Below are positions 22,901 through 29,002 of a stretch of 64,000 nucleotides of DNA, one piece after another. Within the stretch, counting starts at the first letter, position 1. The number at the start of each line of letters is the position of its first letter. Source of the DNA: an uncultured virus (IMG/VR IMGVR_UViG_3300034061_005656) (lineage: Duplodnaviria > Heunggongvirae > Uroviricota > Caudoviricetes). The position numbers were made by a program, and so were the translations under genes. Under the pieces are notes generated by a model, which was not told the origin of the DNA, ran no database searches, and worked only from the letters and a program-made list of their open reading frames with translations. The stretch is from IMG/VR virus record IMGVR_UViG_3300034061_005656. The stretch is one strand, 5' to 3'.

Positions 22901-25900
22901 ATGCCAAACGAGTCGGAAATTCATCTTGCGTACGTAGCAGTTACCCGAGCAATGGAGCAAGTTGACACTGGCTCACTTAGCTGGCTTGACGACTGGGTTG
23001 CAGACGAAGATCCAGAAGTCAACCCGGACATAAACGCTCCTGAAGCTCCTGAAGCTCCTGAAGCTCCTGAAGTTGTTGAGATTCCTGAAGTTGCTGATTT
23101 GCAAGAAACTGATGTACCAGAAGCGCCAGACACAGTAGCTGAGCCTGTGCAACCTACTGGCATTAAGTATGCAGCGCCAGGCATGGCTCCTTCTAAAGAT
23201 CAAATTCAAAAAGATCTTGATGACACTTTTGATGAAGTCTTTAACTTTATTGAGCAGCTGATAGACCCAGAAACAACGCTTCTTGCAAAGGCCACTACAA
23301 AATCTGGAATTAGAAAAACTAAAGATAAGCTTCAAGACCTTAGAGATAACCTTAATTCTGGAAAAATCACAAATAACGAAGCTGCACAAGAGTTGGCAAG
23401 TATTGTTGACAACCTCCCCGGCGGTGTTGGAAACGAAACTGTAGAAATTGGCGTTCTTGAAGATCTTTTGTCTGATGTTTCACGAATTTTTGACGGTACT
23501 TTTTATCAGCGCCCAACTGGCCCAGATCTTCCGCCTATTGAAAGTACTCGCGGGTACTCAAAGAACGGTGTATTCTTAGTGCCTGGAATGCGCGTACGTG
23601 ATAAGTGGGGATACGCCGGAACTATTGATCGCTACAAAAAAGATGACTGGGTTAACGTTTATGTTGTTCGAGACATTGGAATTCCAGCAAAGCCAGAAAA
23701 TTACCAACAGTCAAAAAACACTGAGCAATTGACTACGATTCCAGAAGGCGGCGATAATCGTTCATGGGCATACGTTGCTGGAATGCCGCTCAATAAGCTT
23801 CCAGACAACTGGCGTGAACTTGCGACTCCTGGAGAAATTGCAGACATTGAAGCTGCAATGGCAAAAGCCAGCGGCAAAGGCGCAAAGCCTTCAGTAAAGG
23901 ACATCCCACCTGGAGACGATGACGGCGGCGACGGCGGTGGTGGCGGCGGCGGAGTTAGCCCGGCGCCTAGCGACGATGACGGCGGCAACTCCCCAAAAGC
24001 TGAAGCCCCGGAGGGGGCACCCGAGGTCCCTGAAGAGCCACAGCAAGATTTTGTCACAGTTCCGGCTGAGTTAGTTGGCGCTGACACTGTAGAAATTGTA
24101 GATCTTGCTGATAAGTTTTCTGATGTAGAGCCATTAACTGCGCCAGAGCATAAAGCACTTGTAAAAGAACTAACTAAGTCAGCAAAAGAAGACGGCGTAA
24201 TGTCCAGAGTTAAAAACGGTTACACTGCTCTTAAAAGGTACAGATTTGTAGGATCTTCTGCTTTAAACGCACTACTAAGAAAAGAGCCTCGGGACTACGT
24301 AGCAAGTATCCAAGCGTCTCACAAAAAGACGCTCGAAGAAAGAAAGCAATCTGGCTACGTTATTCCTGATGATTACGTAGAAATGCTGAATTCAAAACAA
24401 TCAACAAGTTTAGAAGAAGCAACTGCTACTCAGCAAGTACTAGACGATCTTTTTGACGAAGCGCCAAGCCTTGGTAGGTCAATGATTTTGTTTAGAGGAG
24501 TAACAAGTAGCTTTGGGTCAGAACTAGAAAAGTATGAAGTAGGAGAACAGTTTACAGATTTTGGGTACGGGTCAACTTCAACTTCTAAGAAAAAAGCAAA
24601 AGATTTTATAGCACCATACGCATCTCAAGAAGACCAAAAAGACGGGGTGATTATAGAAATTCTTATTGACGAAAACACTAGAGCCATTTCGCCTATGGCG
24701 CTCATTAACTCAGAGTTAGACAACGGGAACGACGTCGAGCAAGAGATTCTTATTGATCGTGGCACTACTTATCAAGTGGTAAGCAAGACGCCAGCAACTC
24801 CAACGCAGCCAAGAACAATACGAGTTGCTGTCGTCAGTCAAGACAGAAGTTTATCGCCAGTTACCGAGGCTCCTGAAGAAGAATCGCCTATTGCTGTAGT
24901 CGAAGAGTCAAGTGTTGATGCCGCGGGGATCAAGCCTGAGTGGCAAACCATGCCTGCAAACGCTTCTGCTGAAGACATAGCAAACAGTCTGAGCGACTAC
25001 TACGCAAAAAATAAGTTTTCGGTAAAAAAAGATGATCTTACAGACGAAGAAGTAGAAGCTGCTCAGCAACTTCTTGAGTATACTCAAGATGACTACATGC
25101 TTGTCAACAGAGAATTGCGTGCCTCTTCAAAATCTAACTTAGAAGATGTAGATTCAGACGCGCTGGAAATAGTTAATGCAATTGACAGTTTAATGGACAC
25201 TGCGCCTACCCTTCCGCAGGATCTTGTACTTTACAGAGGTGTTCATAGCTCGTATTCAAATAACACCATAAGGCCTCTTAATGTTGGAGATTTATTTACA
25301 GATAAAGGATATGTTTCAACATCTTTTAATTCAGAAGTAGCTGAAGATTTTTCTAGCTACGGGTCTGATCTGCCTGACGAGTCTATGGGAAGTGAAATTG
25401 TTCTTGAAATTGTCGCACCGGAAGGCACAAGAGGCATTTTTGTCCCTGGATACTTTGAAGACGATCCAAAAAACGAGCAAGAAATAATTCTTGATAGAGG
25501 CACAACCTTTAGAGTTATTTCTAAGGTAGAAGACAGCAGAGGCATTCTGCAAAAAATTAGAGTAGCCGTAGTTGACCAAGAAAGAGCTGGCTACAGAGAG
25601 CCTGATAGCAATGAAAGATTTGATTTTTCTGAAGTTACGCCAGCAGGTCGGCCAACTCCAATTATAGAAAATCCAAAAACGCTAAGTGAATCATCATTTG
25701 AAAATATAGATTCTCTTATGGCATCAGTAGATAGTGTCGTAAATAGAACAACAACTGCTAAAAATACAGTAGCGGCAGTCGACGGACCAGACATTGAAGA
25801 TATGGAAGTAAAAGTATCAGCATTAGTTGATTCTGTAACTCAAGAAAGATTTTTACGACTTAGATTTAAGCTTACCTCATGGGCTGGAGTTGCGCAAAGG

Positions 25901-27892
25901 AAAAAAGCAAGTAAAAAAGACTCACCGTGGGGAATAGAAAACGAAATTAAAATTCCTACAACAACTTTATTGCCAAATGGAGACATTAGGGTAGACAAAG
26001 AAAAATCTTCGCTGTTGACTTACGATGAATCGTACGCAAAAACGTACAGTAGAGACTTGCCGATAGACGCTGGCGTTGCTAAAATACAGTTATTACAAGG
26101 CAGGCCTAGAGAAACTCTTGGCGTAGAAAAAAATGACTACGCTACTCCTACTGCACTTCATCACTTAGTGACAATTGACTTGCCAATTGATGCAACTGAA
26201 AGTGACATTAAGCGCGCAATTGAAGCCGCAGGAGTTCGAGAGGCGCGTGCGGCCGCACCGGAAGATTTACGTATTTTAGCTGAAAATAAGCTACTTAGCA
26301 TATTTTTGAATCAAACAGATCCTTCTAAAAACATGACGGATCAGCTAAGAAGAGACAATGCGCTCGAAAAAATTAAAGCAAAATGGGGAGTATCTGCTGA
26401 AGATGTTGAAATTGCCACTGACGATCTTGGATTTTTAACTTTTAAACTTCCAGAGTCTGTTGCAGAAGCATACACAGAAGAAGCAGGACTTTTTGCATTA
26501 CAACATCAACTAGCGCCAGGCCGCATTGCATTTAGCATATACCAAGAAGACCCCAGCATTGGTTATGATTCTCCTGAACTTCGTAAGCTAACTGCTGACT
26601 ATATAGTAAATCTCATAACAGGTACAGGCTTGGTGTCGACGACGAATAGATTTTTGTCAGGAATCAACATTTCCGGTATGTCGTCTCAGGAAGACATCGG
26701 GACTGGCGGCGCCGACTACGTATTTACTTCTCCAGTTCGTTCTCCTGCCACTGCAGATCCATCATACGGGGACGCCATGTCAGTACTCTTTGATCCAAAA
26801 AAGGTTTTTCAACGCGCTGATTTTTACGCAAATCCTAGAGACGAGTACGGGCGACGCTACGAGGCAAGCAGCAGCCTTGAAGCTATTCAAGATGGTGGTT
26901 CAAACGCAGAAGTAATGAGTAAGCACGGTTTAGGACCTAAAGACTTAATGGGCATGATAGTCGGACCAGACTATTACAGCTACATTATGGACTCGCTAAA
27001 AGAAAAAAATATCACAGAAATTAACGGAATTCCAATCGAACAATTTGTCTCTGCGACTTACTACAACCCGCCATCTCCCGGCCTTGTTGATTCAGCGGGA
27101 CTGCCGACACAGTTTGGGCAGGCAACTACTCAGTTAATACAGTCAATAAGCGCTGCTGATGGCGCTTTTTACACTGCAGACTATGATAGCACGGATAACG
27201 CTGGGATATTGGGAGAGTTCAATAGAATAGCCGGTACAAAATTAGCTAAGGCAACACTTCCTTTTGATGAAGAAGATGCGCAAATAGTAGGTTTTTTGAC
27301 AGATAAAGAAGGCGGTCTCATTATTAGAGACGCTAAAACAAACAACTTATATATTCAAAAGTCATACGCCCCTATGAGCAGCAGCCCTCAGTTTTTCGCG
27401 CTGGGCCCGACAGCTGCAGACGACGCGGCGCTTAAGCTAATACAAGGGTACAACGCCGGAGCTACGATTGACACTGCTATATTTGAAAACATGCCAGTCG
27501 AGGCTGTGCCGCTTACGTCACCTACAGGCGATATGACTAATGACAGCGATATCAGATATATGAAAACAAAGCTAGAAAGCTTTTCTGCTGGAGACTCTGA
27601 TAAAGACGAGTATGTTGATAAAATTGCTAATTATATTGTCGCATCAATGCTTTTAGCAGAGCCTCATCATTGGCCGTTTTTAGGAGATTACTTTTCTGCA
27701 GTGAGTGACCTTTTTGAGGCTTTTCCAGAAGTGAAAAAAAGAGTACAAATAGTAACTGCACCGACACTTACATGGTCATATTTTGCTGGAATGCCGCTCG
27801 ATGAGTTGCCAAGTAATTGGAGAGAAATTGCGACTCCTGGAGAAATTGCAGACATTGAAGCTGCAATGGCAAAGGCAGCAGGCACAAAGTAA
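13961..27892 (+). CDS. Giant 4643-aa multi-enzyme protein: RDxxGRF module, 3 WYL-like, ART-like, HipA/PI3K-like kinase, DEDDh exonuclease, SF1 (UvrD-like) helicase, 2 VIP2-like ADP-ribosyltransferases, unknown C-terminal domain
   Basis: Exonuclease FDYETTG/GAHNLPFD/HAADVD; helicase AAAGAGKT/DEFQD/VGDENQAIY/STVHQAKGLEW/YVAVTRA; ART L(F/Y)RGV..STS..EQEI(L/I) twice; kinase YYVK..ENE..DAWLANYD..RIDPG. Confidence 0.88.
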   Translation: MNEENNDFDPIIAALGFGLGGNSKAARSMRAKLQRRDRRGRFAFQGGGFMFNIRFPDGVRKLSGRVVGASGTEDVEIEVKGNDRIPDGIYALPSNKGDSVAAILPEDALKDLPDADVRASERLAINAADLKRMEQPTGWTKQVTPEGEPEIWTSEDGYFAKKDGDTFTLHRADLSDNSIGEEVARGNSWADVQKAALDDQDDYEKVLEAANTAEKPSAPGASAADSQKRTKERLEAARKAGIDYGSLTDDEIAKIAQAESDERYAGGVWKTVPAAIPKGGYRTSKGNWKEYDEPDGPPTRKEITGEQAKQIRQQFTDARKETLSQLRDAVNAGEIENLSDVRDIAEGLNVAGQANAARVAKQKLRFSYNGKDREITPTETYFNPKTKKDNIVGLDENGEKRTFTSDKIFPPNKKSEQPTKKAAKAPEALALDPNENLVQQITDAVADGLNVRFNYSGKERNVTPLRVWRNPKTEKTNLTAREADGAEKNFTLDKIEPPTGAPDEPPTGGPGEPPTGGPDGGDSLGFDDTEALVDDIYARDLLGLENSTAKRNSLMKRLSNVMADEDRGIGFDDFEQALNEMYSNDEISLQERNNAMTYVSENISDYAEGDFGPGEPPTGGPTAPTGGPGDSPQFYSTDFSQEATYNGEPVTLEWTNDDPEFGIRIVDSDGELIDTQSSEDYDSPREFAEFIRSEFGQEVYDTIVVDEGTGAPAEPAEPPTGAPSRDSNIDELFSEFVKDDDLFNLERFLEDSVDTSEQNFREYLNDNGIDDDVRNEDDKARVDDARRDFFAELYSENSDRLREKFAEYIKNRDPELYDERIGEPPTGGPSAPTEGPGEPPEQHIISLKVGTAKLDKEGFVQTGVSKTPVEGGPYESTGNIAADIRKEAQYVIDGKIKGANPDNDNQYTQFERLSAVIEFERERGNLTADDASWLQSYNNAVFQYRNTAMSKEELNNAVYSINQLTELLDKKLSNLQNPAAEIGRKDSKIFSALTQLGRLANVDFRDRKKVVEIIKNILDEEISSGNISQQDKNSVLPALDNLADPMTSDSSVEGIVSALIGEVKSWYEEPKNWTGFPNPDKVILDSWVNNFSPDKRVKINYDGEPLIFEPERVVPSKFDGVTLVVGKDMTGQELILRSDRINTTDNASEGEPPTGGPTPPANPFANLRETDPGKFESFKDIYDDASDREIEVRMALDELYNVPFGRDYEDPATGERISSGQIADLIKKYDTELQDIRAGRVAPESEPTDGLTNIDPAKEMFDDMFEAPDGAYKPNIFDVYEPKGRQEDNSLEYTDDPSVLSNRFSPSELIFALKEAVVPVNGEEASGFGSLNFGDGNELVPAEALYEALDLTGASGRKTLSAIYDEELGPDADSPNMQRYEIDMADMRMLDDADLQPLDKTILSDEEAIELNRRLSLPSNAQILLDEMNDYVETNPKIQELADFLSQFEEFDDYDPDALTKALEKYLPFAFSSDREEQDTFKALWGMLMSLDGSSSEKYDQDSLFRGPLMRAFEDRFGSSWELEYDSFLDEIGEFNEFVQGKNRIVNGDDDLDSGSVGANFLRLMKASSKINEVRLQRSFGVSITNPALVSRYTTPGSIFSLDPRPFSTANFADEDLFQAFSPTKSTEHRVVLVAAPGEVQSTSAVGISWFTGEKEHIGFGEFEVVSVDRKPASRLRAGAPDDLIVTIKKADTSVEDLAAEDAAGAPQAAQDVPAREIKDVSNWTRTGDQTGGSNSGAFYEDENGQGYYVKVAKSQSHAENETLASAFYDALGVSSAEVSVGDRNGSPRVVSKLIPNSVGDLESRVDSGDEEYLDKLRKDFIVDAWLANYDVTGTGFDNVMSDGDGNPIRIDPGGALMWRAQGLPKSTLGMFTEESDYVPEIDSLRDSDINYYAWSVFGSLTDDDIRAQAERLRDSMSPERINAIVDSIVTDPAEAAFIKERLRNRRQGILDRFGLEERQALTEPVSIEDSMGYAAQDLEPGDVTVGDSFTVERVFRDEDTPKGKVSIEGYFPGHQTQRKEWNEGTIIDAMRGGSTPPKGDREPLHRPKRPGYTPTAPSFSGGIADELEAAQSWGEIRDILADKDVVFFDYETTGLGAGSQNRPVQLGAVKVRNGEVIERFNVFIDPNEELSEWSRLNLRDADGNPLTDEYLSQQVGMGEAHSLFVDWMGENPIIGAHNLPFDREILERITGEENIDFSPDGYIDTLRLTRDLVKKKTKKNPDGPEGHKLPQLLNHYGLEIEGWHAADVDAESAANLLRAVLDDAAGRPDVDPKTFDFKTQQRDYNDAMSRHNENVEKYKDELAEYEAKKAVAAAWNCGGGGGGLTAAATEDGNSDCNVPSIDDMIDNASVKPGELSDPESITSGDTAKGDSPYDEDVTDIIEIEDLYPIDGEAYAPTAQQQAVINSVLSNEGSDTVVRAAAGAGKTSTLVALAKRFQKYKPDKKIIYIAFNRSVADEARAKMPSNVEVRTADSISYNWVKINFPELIKKKGNPDRLAAPTDIAKHLDVPSVGQGDDRISAVKMVKELRQAVYQYTISADKELGPQHFEETELTPDQVTPEVVEAAQRWWADILDPKGKMPFDFNHMKKMWALSEPDLSDESSGLKTGADLVFVDEFQDTNDVLGTVLVNQPNTQNVYVGDENQAIYQFMGAKDWLQKVVVEFDLPLTQSFRFGPVIARQGNRFLRFKERYLGSKKTFSVEGAGPTEGELIRPNTMEDADAVLVRSNAGAFREVREELMNGRTVGVTKGFKKDLDDFIAAVDWLQGDPATRGKRPARMPEDLRQFNSWQKVVDESKDEENEFSRKLEILINDVEELGIEELKNLAKQVKVVTGAGDKKDVESVPSLPEDLSVGIEEADGIGKGIGFKIVKDGIIITGKTFDVKDKIKSSNSGVKWDKARGGWFIPSSADDASRRQRLQNVQNAVFSESEKQGGKVDVVISTVHQAKGLEWPKVRMGKDFFGPRKRKGMEDAQPGDPNAWIMPNESEIHLAYVAVTRAMEQVDTGSLSWLDDWVADEDPEVNPDINAPEAPEAPEAPEVVEIPEVADLQETDVPEAPDTVAEPVQPTGIKYAAPGMAPSKDQIQKDLDDTFDEVFNFIEQLIDPETTLLAKATTKSGIRKTKDKLQDLRDNLNSGKITNNEAAQELASIVDNLPGGVGNETVEIGVLEDLLSDVSRIFDGTFYQRPTGPDLPPIESTRGYSKNGVFLVPGMRVRDKWGYAGTIDRYKKDDWVNVYVVRDIGIPAKPENYQQSKNTEQLTTIPEGGDNRSWAYVAGMPLNKLPDNWRELATPGEIADIEAAMAKASGKGAKPSVKDIPPGDDDGGDGGGGGGGVSPAPSDDDGGNSPKAEAPEGAPEVPEEPQQDFVTVPAELVGADTVEIVDLADKFSDVEPLTAPEHKALVKELTKSAKEDGVMSRVKNGYTALKRYRFVGSSALNALLRKEPRDYVASIQASHKKTLEERKQSGYVIPDDYVEMLNSKQSTSLEEATATQQVLDDLFDEAPSLGRSMILFRGVTSSFGSELEKYEVGEQFTDFGYGSTSTSKKKAKDFIAPYASQEDQKDGVIIEILIDENTRAISPMALINSELDNGNDVEQEILIDRGTTYQVVSKTPATPTQPRTIRVAVVSQDRSLSPVTEAPEEESPIAVVEESSVDAAGIKPEWQTMPANASAEDIANSLSDYYAKNKFSVKKDDLTDEEVEAAQQLLEYTQDDYMLVNRELRASSKSNLEDVDSDALEIVNAIDSLMDTAPTLPQDLVLYRGVHSSYSNNTIRPLNVGDLFTDKGYVSTSFNSEVAEDFSSYGSDLPDESMGSEIVLEIVAPEGTRGIFVPGYFEDDPKNEQEIILDRGTTFRVISKVEDSRGILQKIRVAVVDQERAGYREPDSNERFDFSEVTPAGRPTPIIENPKTLSESSFENIDSLMASVDSVVNRTTTAKNTVAAVDGPDIEDMEVKVSALVDSVTQERFLRLRFKLTSWAGVAQRKKASKKDSPWGIENEIKIPTTTLLPNGDIRVDKEKSSLLTYDESYAKTYSRDLPIDAGVAKIQLLQGRPRETLGVEKNDYATPTALHHLVTIDLPIDATESDIKRAIEAAGVREARAAAPEDLRILAENKLLSIFLNQTDPSKNMTDQLRRDNALEKIKAKWGVSAEDVEIATDDLGFLTFKLPESVAEAYTEEAGLFALQHQLAPGRIAFSIYQEDPSIGYDSPELRKLTADYIVNLITGTGLVSTTNRFLSGINISGMSSQEDIGTGGADYVFTSPVRSPATADPSYGDAMSVLFDPKKVFQRADFYANPRDEYGRRYEASSSLEAIQDGGSNAEVMSKHGLGPKDLMGMIVGPDYYSYIMDSLKEKNITEINGIPIEQFVSATYYNPPSPGLVDSAGLPTQFGQATTQLIQSISAADGAFYTADYDSTDNAGILGEFNRIAGTKLAKATLPFDEEDAQIVGFLTDKEGGLIIRDAKTNNLYIQKSYAPMSSSPQFFALGPTAADDAALKLIQGYNAGATIDTAIFENMPVEAVPLTSPTGDMTNDSDIRYMKTKLESFSAGDSDKDEYVDKIANYIVASMLLAEPHHWPFLGDYFSAVSDLFEAFPEVKKRVQIVTAPTLTWSYFAGMPLDELPSNWREIATPGEIADIEAAMAKAAGTK
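15446..17430 (+). repeat. Dispersed GAGCCACCAACCGGC-type (EPPTG) linker repeats within the giant ORF
   Basis: Copies at about 15446, 15470, 15494, 15803, 16109, 16427 and 17411. Confidence 0.85.
23820..23865 (+). repeat. 46-bp direct repeat, copy 1 (within a ~40-codon duplicated segment)
   Basis: TTGCGACTCCTGGAGAAATTGCAGACATTGAAGCTGCAATGGCAAA, identical to 27828-27873. Confidence 0.92.
23992..24018 (+). promoter_or_regulatory. Second predicted -1 frameshift signal (would truncate the giant protein)
   Basis: In-frame C CCA AAA (23992-23998), 6-nt spacer, hairpin GCCCC-GGAG-GGGGC; the -1 frame reads CCC AAA AGC TGA. Confidence 0.6.
27828..27873 (+). repeat. 46-bp direct repeat, copy 2 (C-terminus of the giant ORF)
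   Basis: Identical to 23820-23865. Confidence 0.92.
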
Positions 27893-27905
27893 GGCTACTA
27901 TAAAA

Positions 27906-28265
27906 ATGAAAAAAAGAAAACTAAAGTTCAATTCAGAAATAAAGCCATTTAGCAGTGATTCGTATATCAACGAACCTTCTGTTATTGAAGGAAAAAATAA
28001 CTATCGTCGCTTGGTATTTAACATCCGTTCTCAGCGCGGGAGAAACGAATCTGGGGAAGTTATAGAAGTCTTAACTGCTGAGTCAGATAGCCGCGTTTTT
28101 AGGTACAATCTTGATAAAAACTACCCAGCGGTCGATTTTAATGAAAAATCAGGCACAGCTGAATTTACCTCCAATGGTGCACAGTATAAAATAAGAGCAT
28201 TACAAGAAGATGACAAATCGTGGATCATCAACTTTAGTCTCCCCGAAGAAACAGAAAATAGCTAG
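27906..28265 (+). CDS. Hypothetical protein (~119 aa) directly after the giant effector
   Basis: ATG 27906 (MKKRKLKF) avoids overlap with the upstream gene; no family recognised. Confidence 0.65.
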   Translation: MKKRKLKFNSEIKPFSSDSYINEPSVIEGKNNYRRLVFNIRSQRGRNESGEVIEVLTAESDSRVFRYNLDKNYPAVDFNEKSGTAEFTSNGAQYKIRALQEDDKSWIINFSLPEETENS

Positions 28266-28273
28266 GATTCACT

Positions 28274-28984
28274 ATGGCAGATGACACAAAAATAGAAGCC
28301 AAAAAATGGCCAACTTCGTTAAAAGAAGAAGACGAGCTTTACGCTATAGTCGATTCAACTAATAGCGAAGTCAAGTATTTGGTTTACGTTAGTTCTGACA
28401 AAAACGCTACTCTTGTACGAGACAATGCTTCTTGGGTTAGAGTTTTTGAAGTATTTACGGAAGAAATCGATGACCCAGATCTATATAATGAAAATGTAGA
28501 AATTGATTTCATTGACTACTATGACAATCTCGCGCTTGCCGGGTCTAAAGTCCCTGTAAATAGGGCTGAAAGCGGTCTCACTGCCGCTGTAAGTGACTGT
28601 CCACCGCCTACGCAGGATATTGGCCTTAATCTTAAAAACCGCAAAAATGCCATTGATACCGCAATGTATGGGCCACTTAACCCAGCAGAGCCAAACACAG
28701 AGTACTGGCAAAAAATTGCTGACGAATGGTCTGTAGATCTTGAAACAGCAAAAAAGCAACGCTGCGGCAATTGCGCAGTATTCGTAATTACTTCTCAAAT
28801 GAAAGACTGCATTAAGCAAGGTCTTGAGATACCTGGCGGAGTGGCCTACAACTTTGACAACTGGGATAAGATTGACGAAGCTGGCGAACTCGGGTATTGT
28901 GAAGCATTTGACTTTAAATGTGCTTCAGCTCGCACATGTAGAGCATGGGTCGGTGGTGGCCCCGTCAAAGATGATATAAAATAA
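28274..28984 (+). CDS. Two-domain head-associated protein with Cys-rich C-terminal domain
   Basis: 'GLTAAV' linker, then 'CPPPTQDIGLNLKNR..YGPLNP..RCGNCAVF..GYC..FDFKCASARTCRAW'. Confidence 0.75.
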   Translation: MADDTKIEAKKWPTSLKEEDELYAIVDSTNSEVKYLVYVSSDKNATLVRDNASWVRVFEVFTEEIDDPDLYNENVEIDFIDYYDNLALAGSKVPVNRAESGLTAAVSDCPPPTQDIGLNLKNRKNAIDTAMYGPLNPAEPNTEYWQKIADEWSVDLETAKKQRCGNCAVFVITSQMKDCIKQGLEIPGGVAYNFDNWDKIDEAGELGYCEAFDFKCASARTCRAWVGGGPVKDDIK

Positions 28985-29002
28985 GTTTGAGGTATTGAGC
29001 AG

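Noticed and set aside
23762..27889. Diversity-generating retroelement template/variable repeat pair
   Set aside because: No reverse transcriptase in the window, mismatches are not confined to adenines, and both copies are in frame in one ORF
13961..27892. Inteins or stop-codon reassignment as the explanation for the giant ORF
   Set aside because: No Cys/Ser...His-Asn splice motifs or homing-endonuclease motifs were seen, and genes pack tightly under the standard code using all three stop codons
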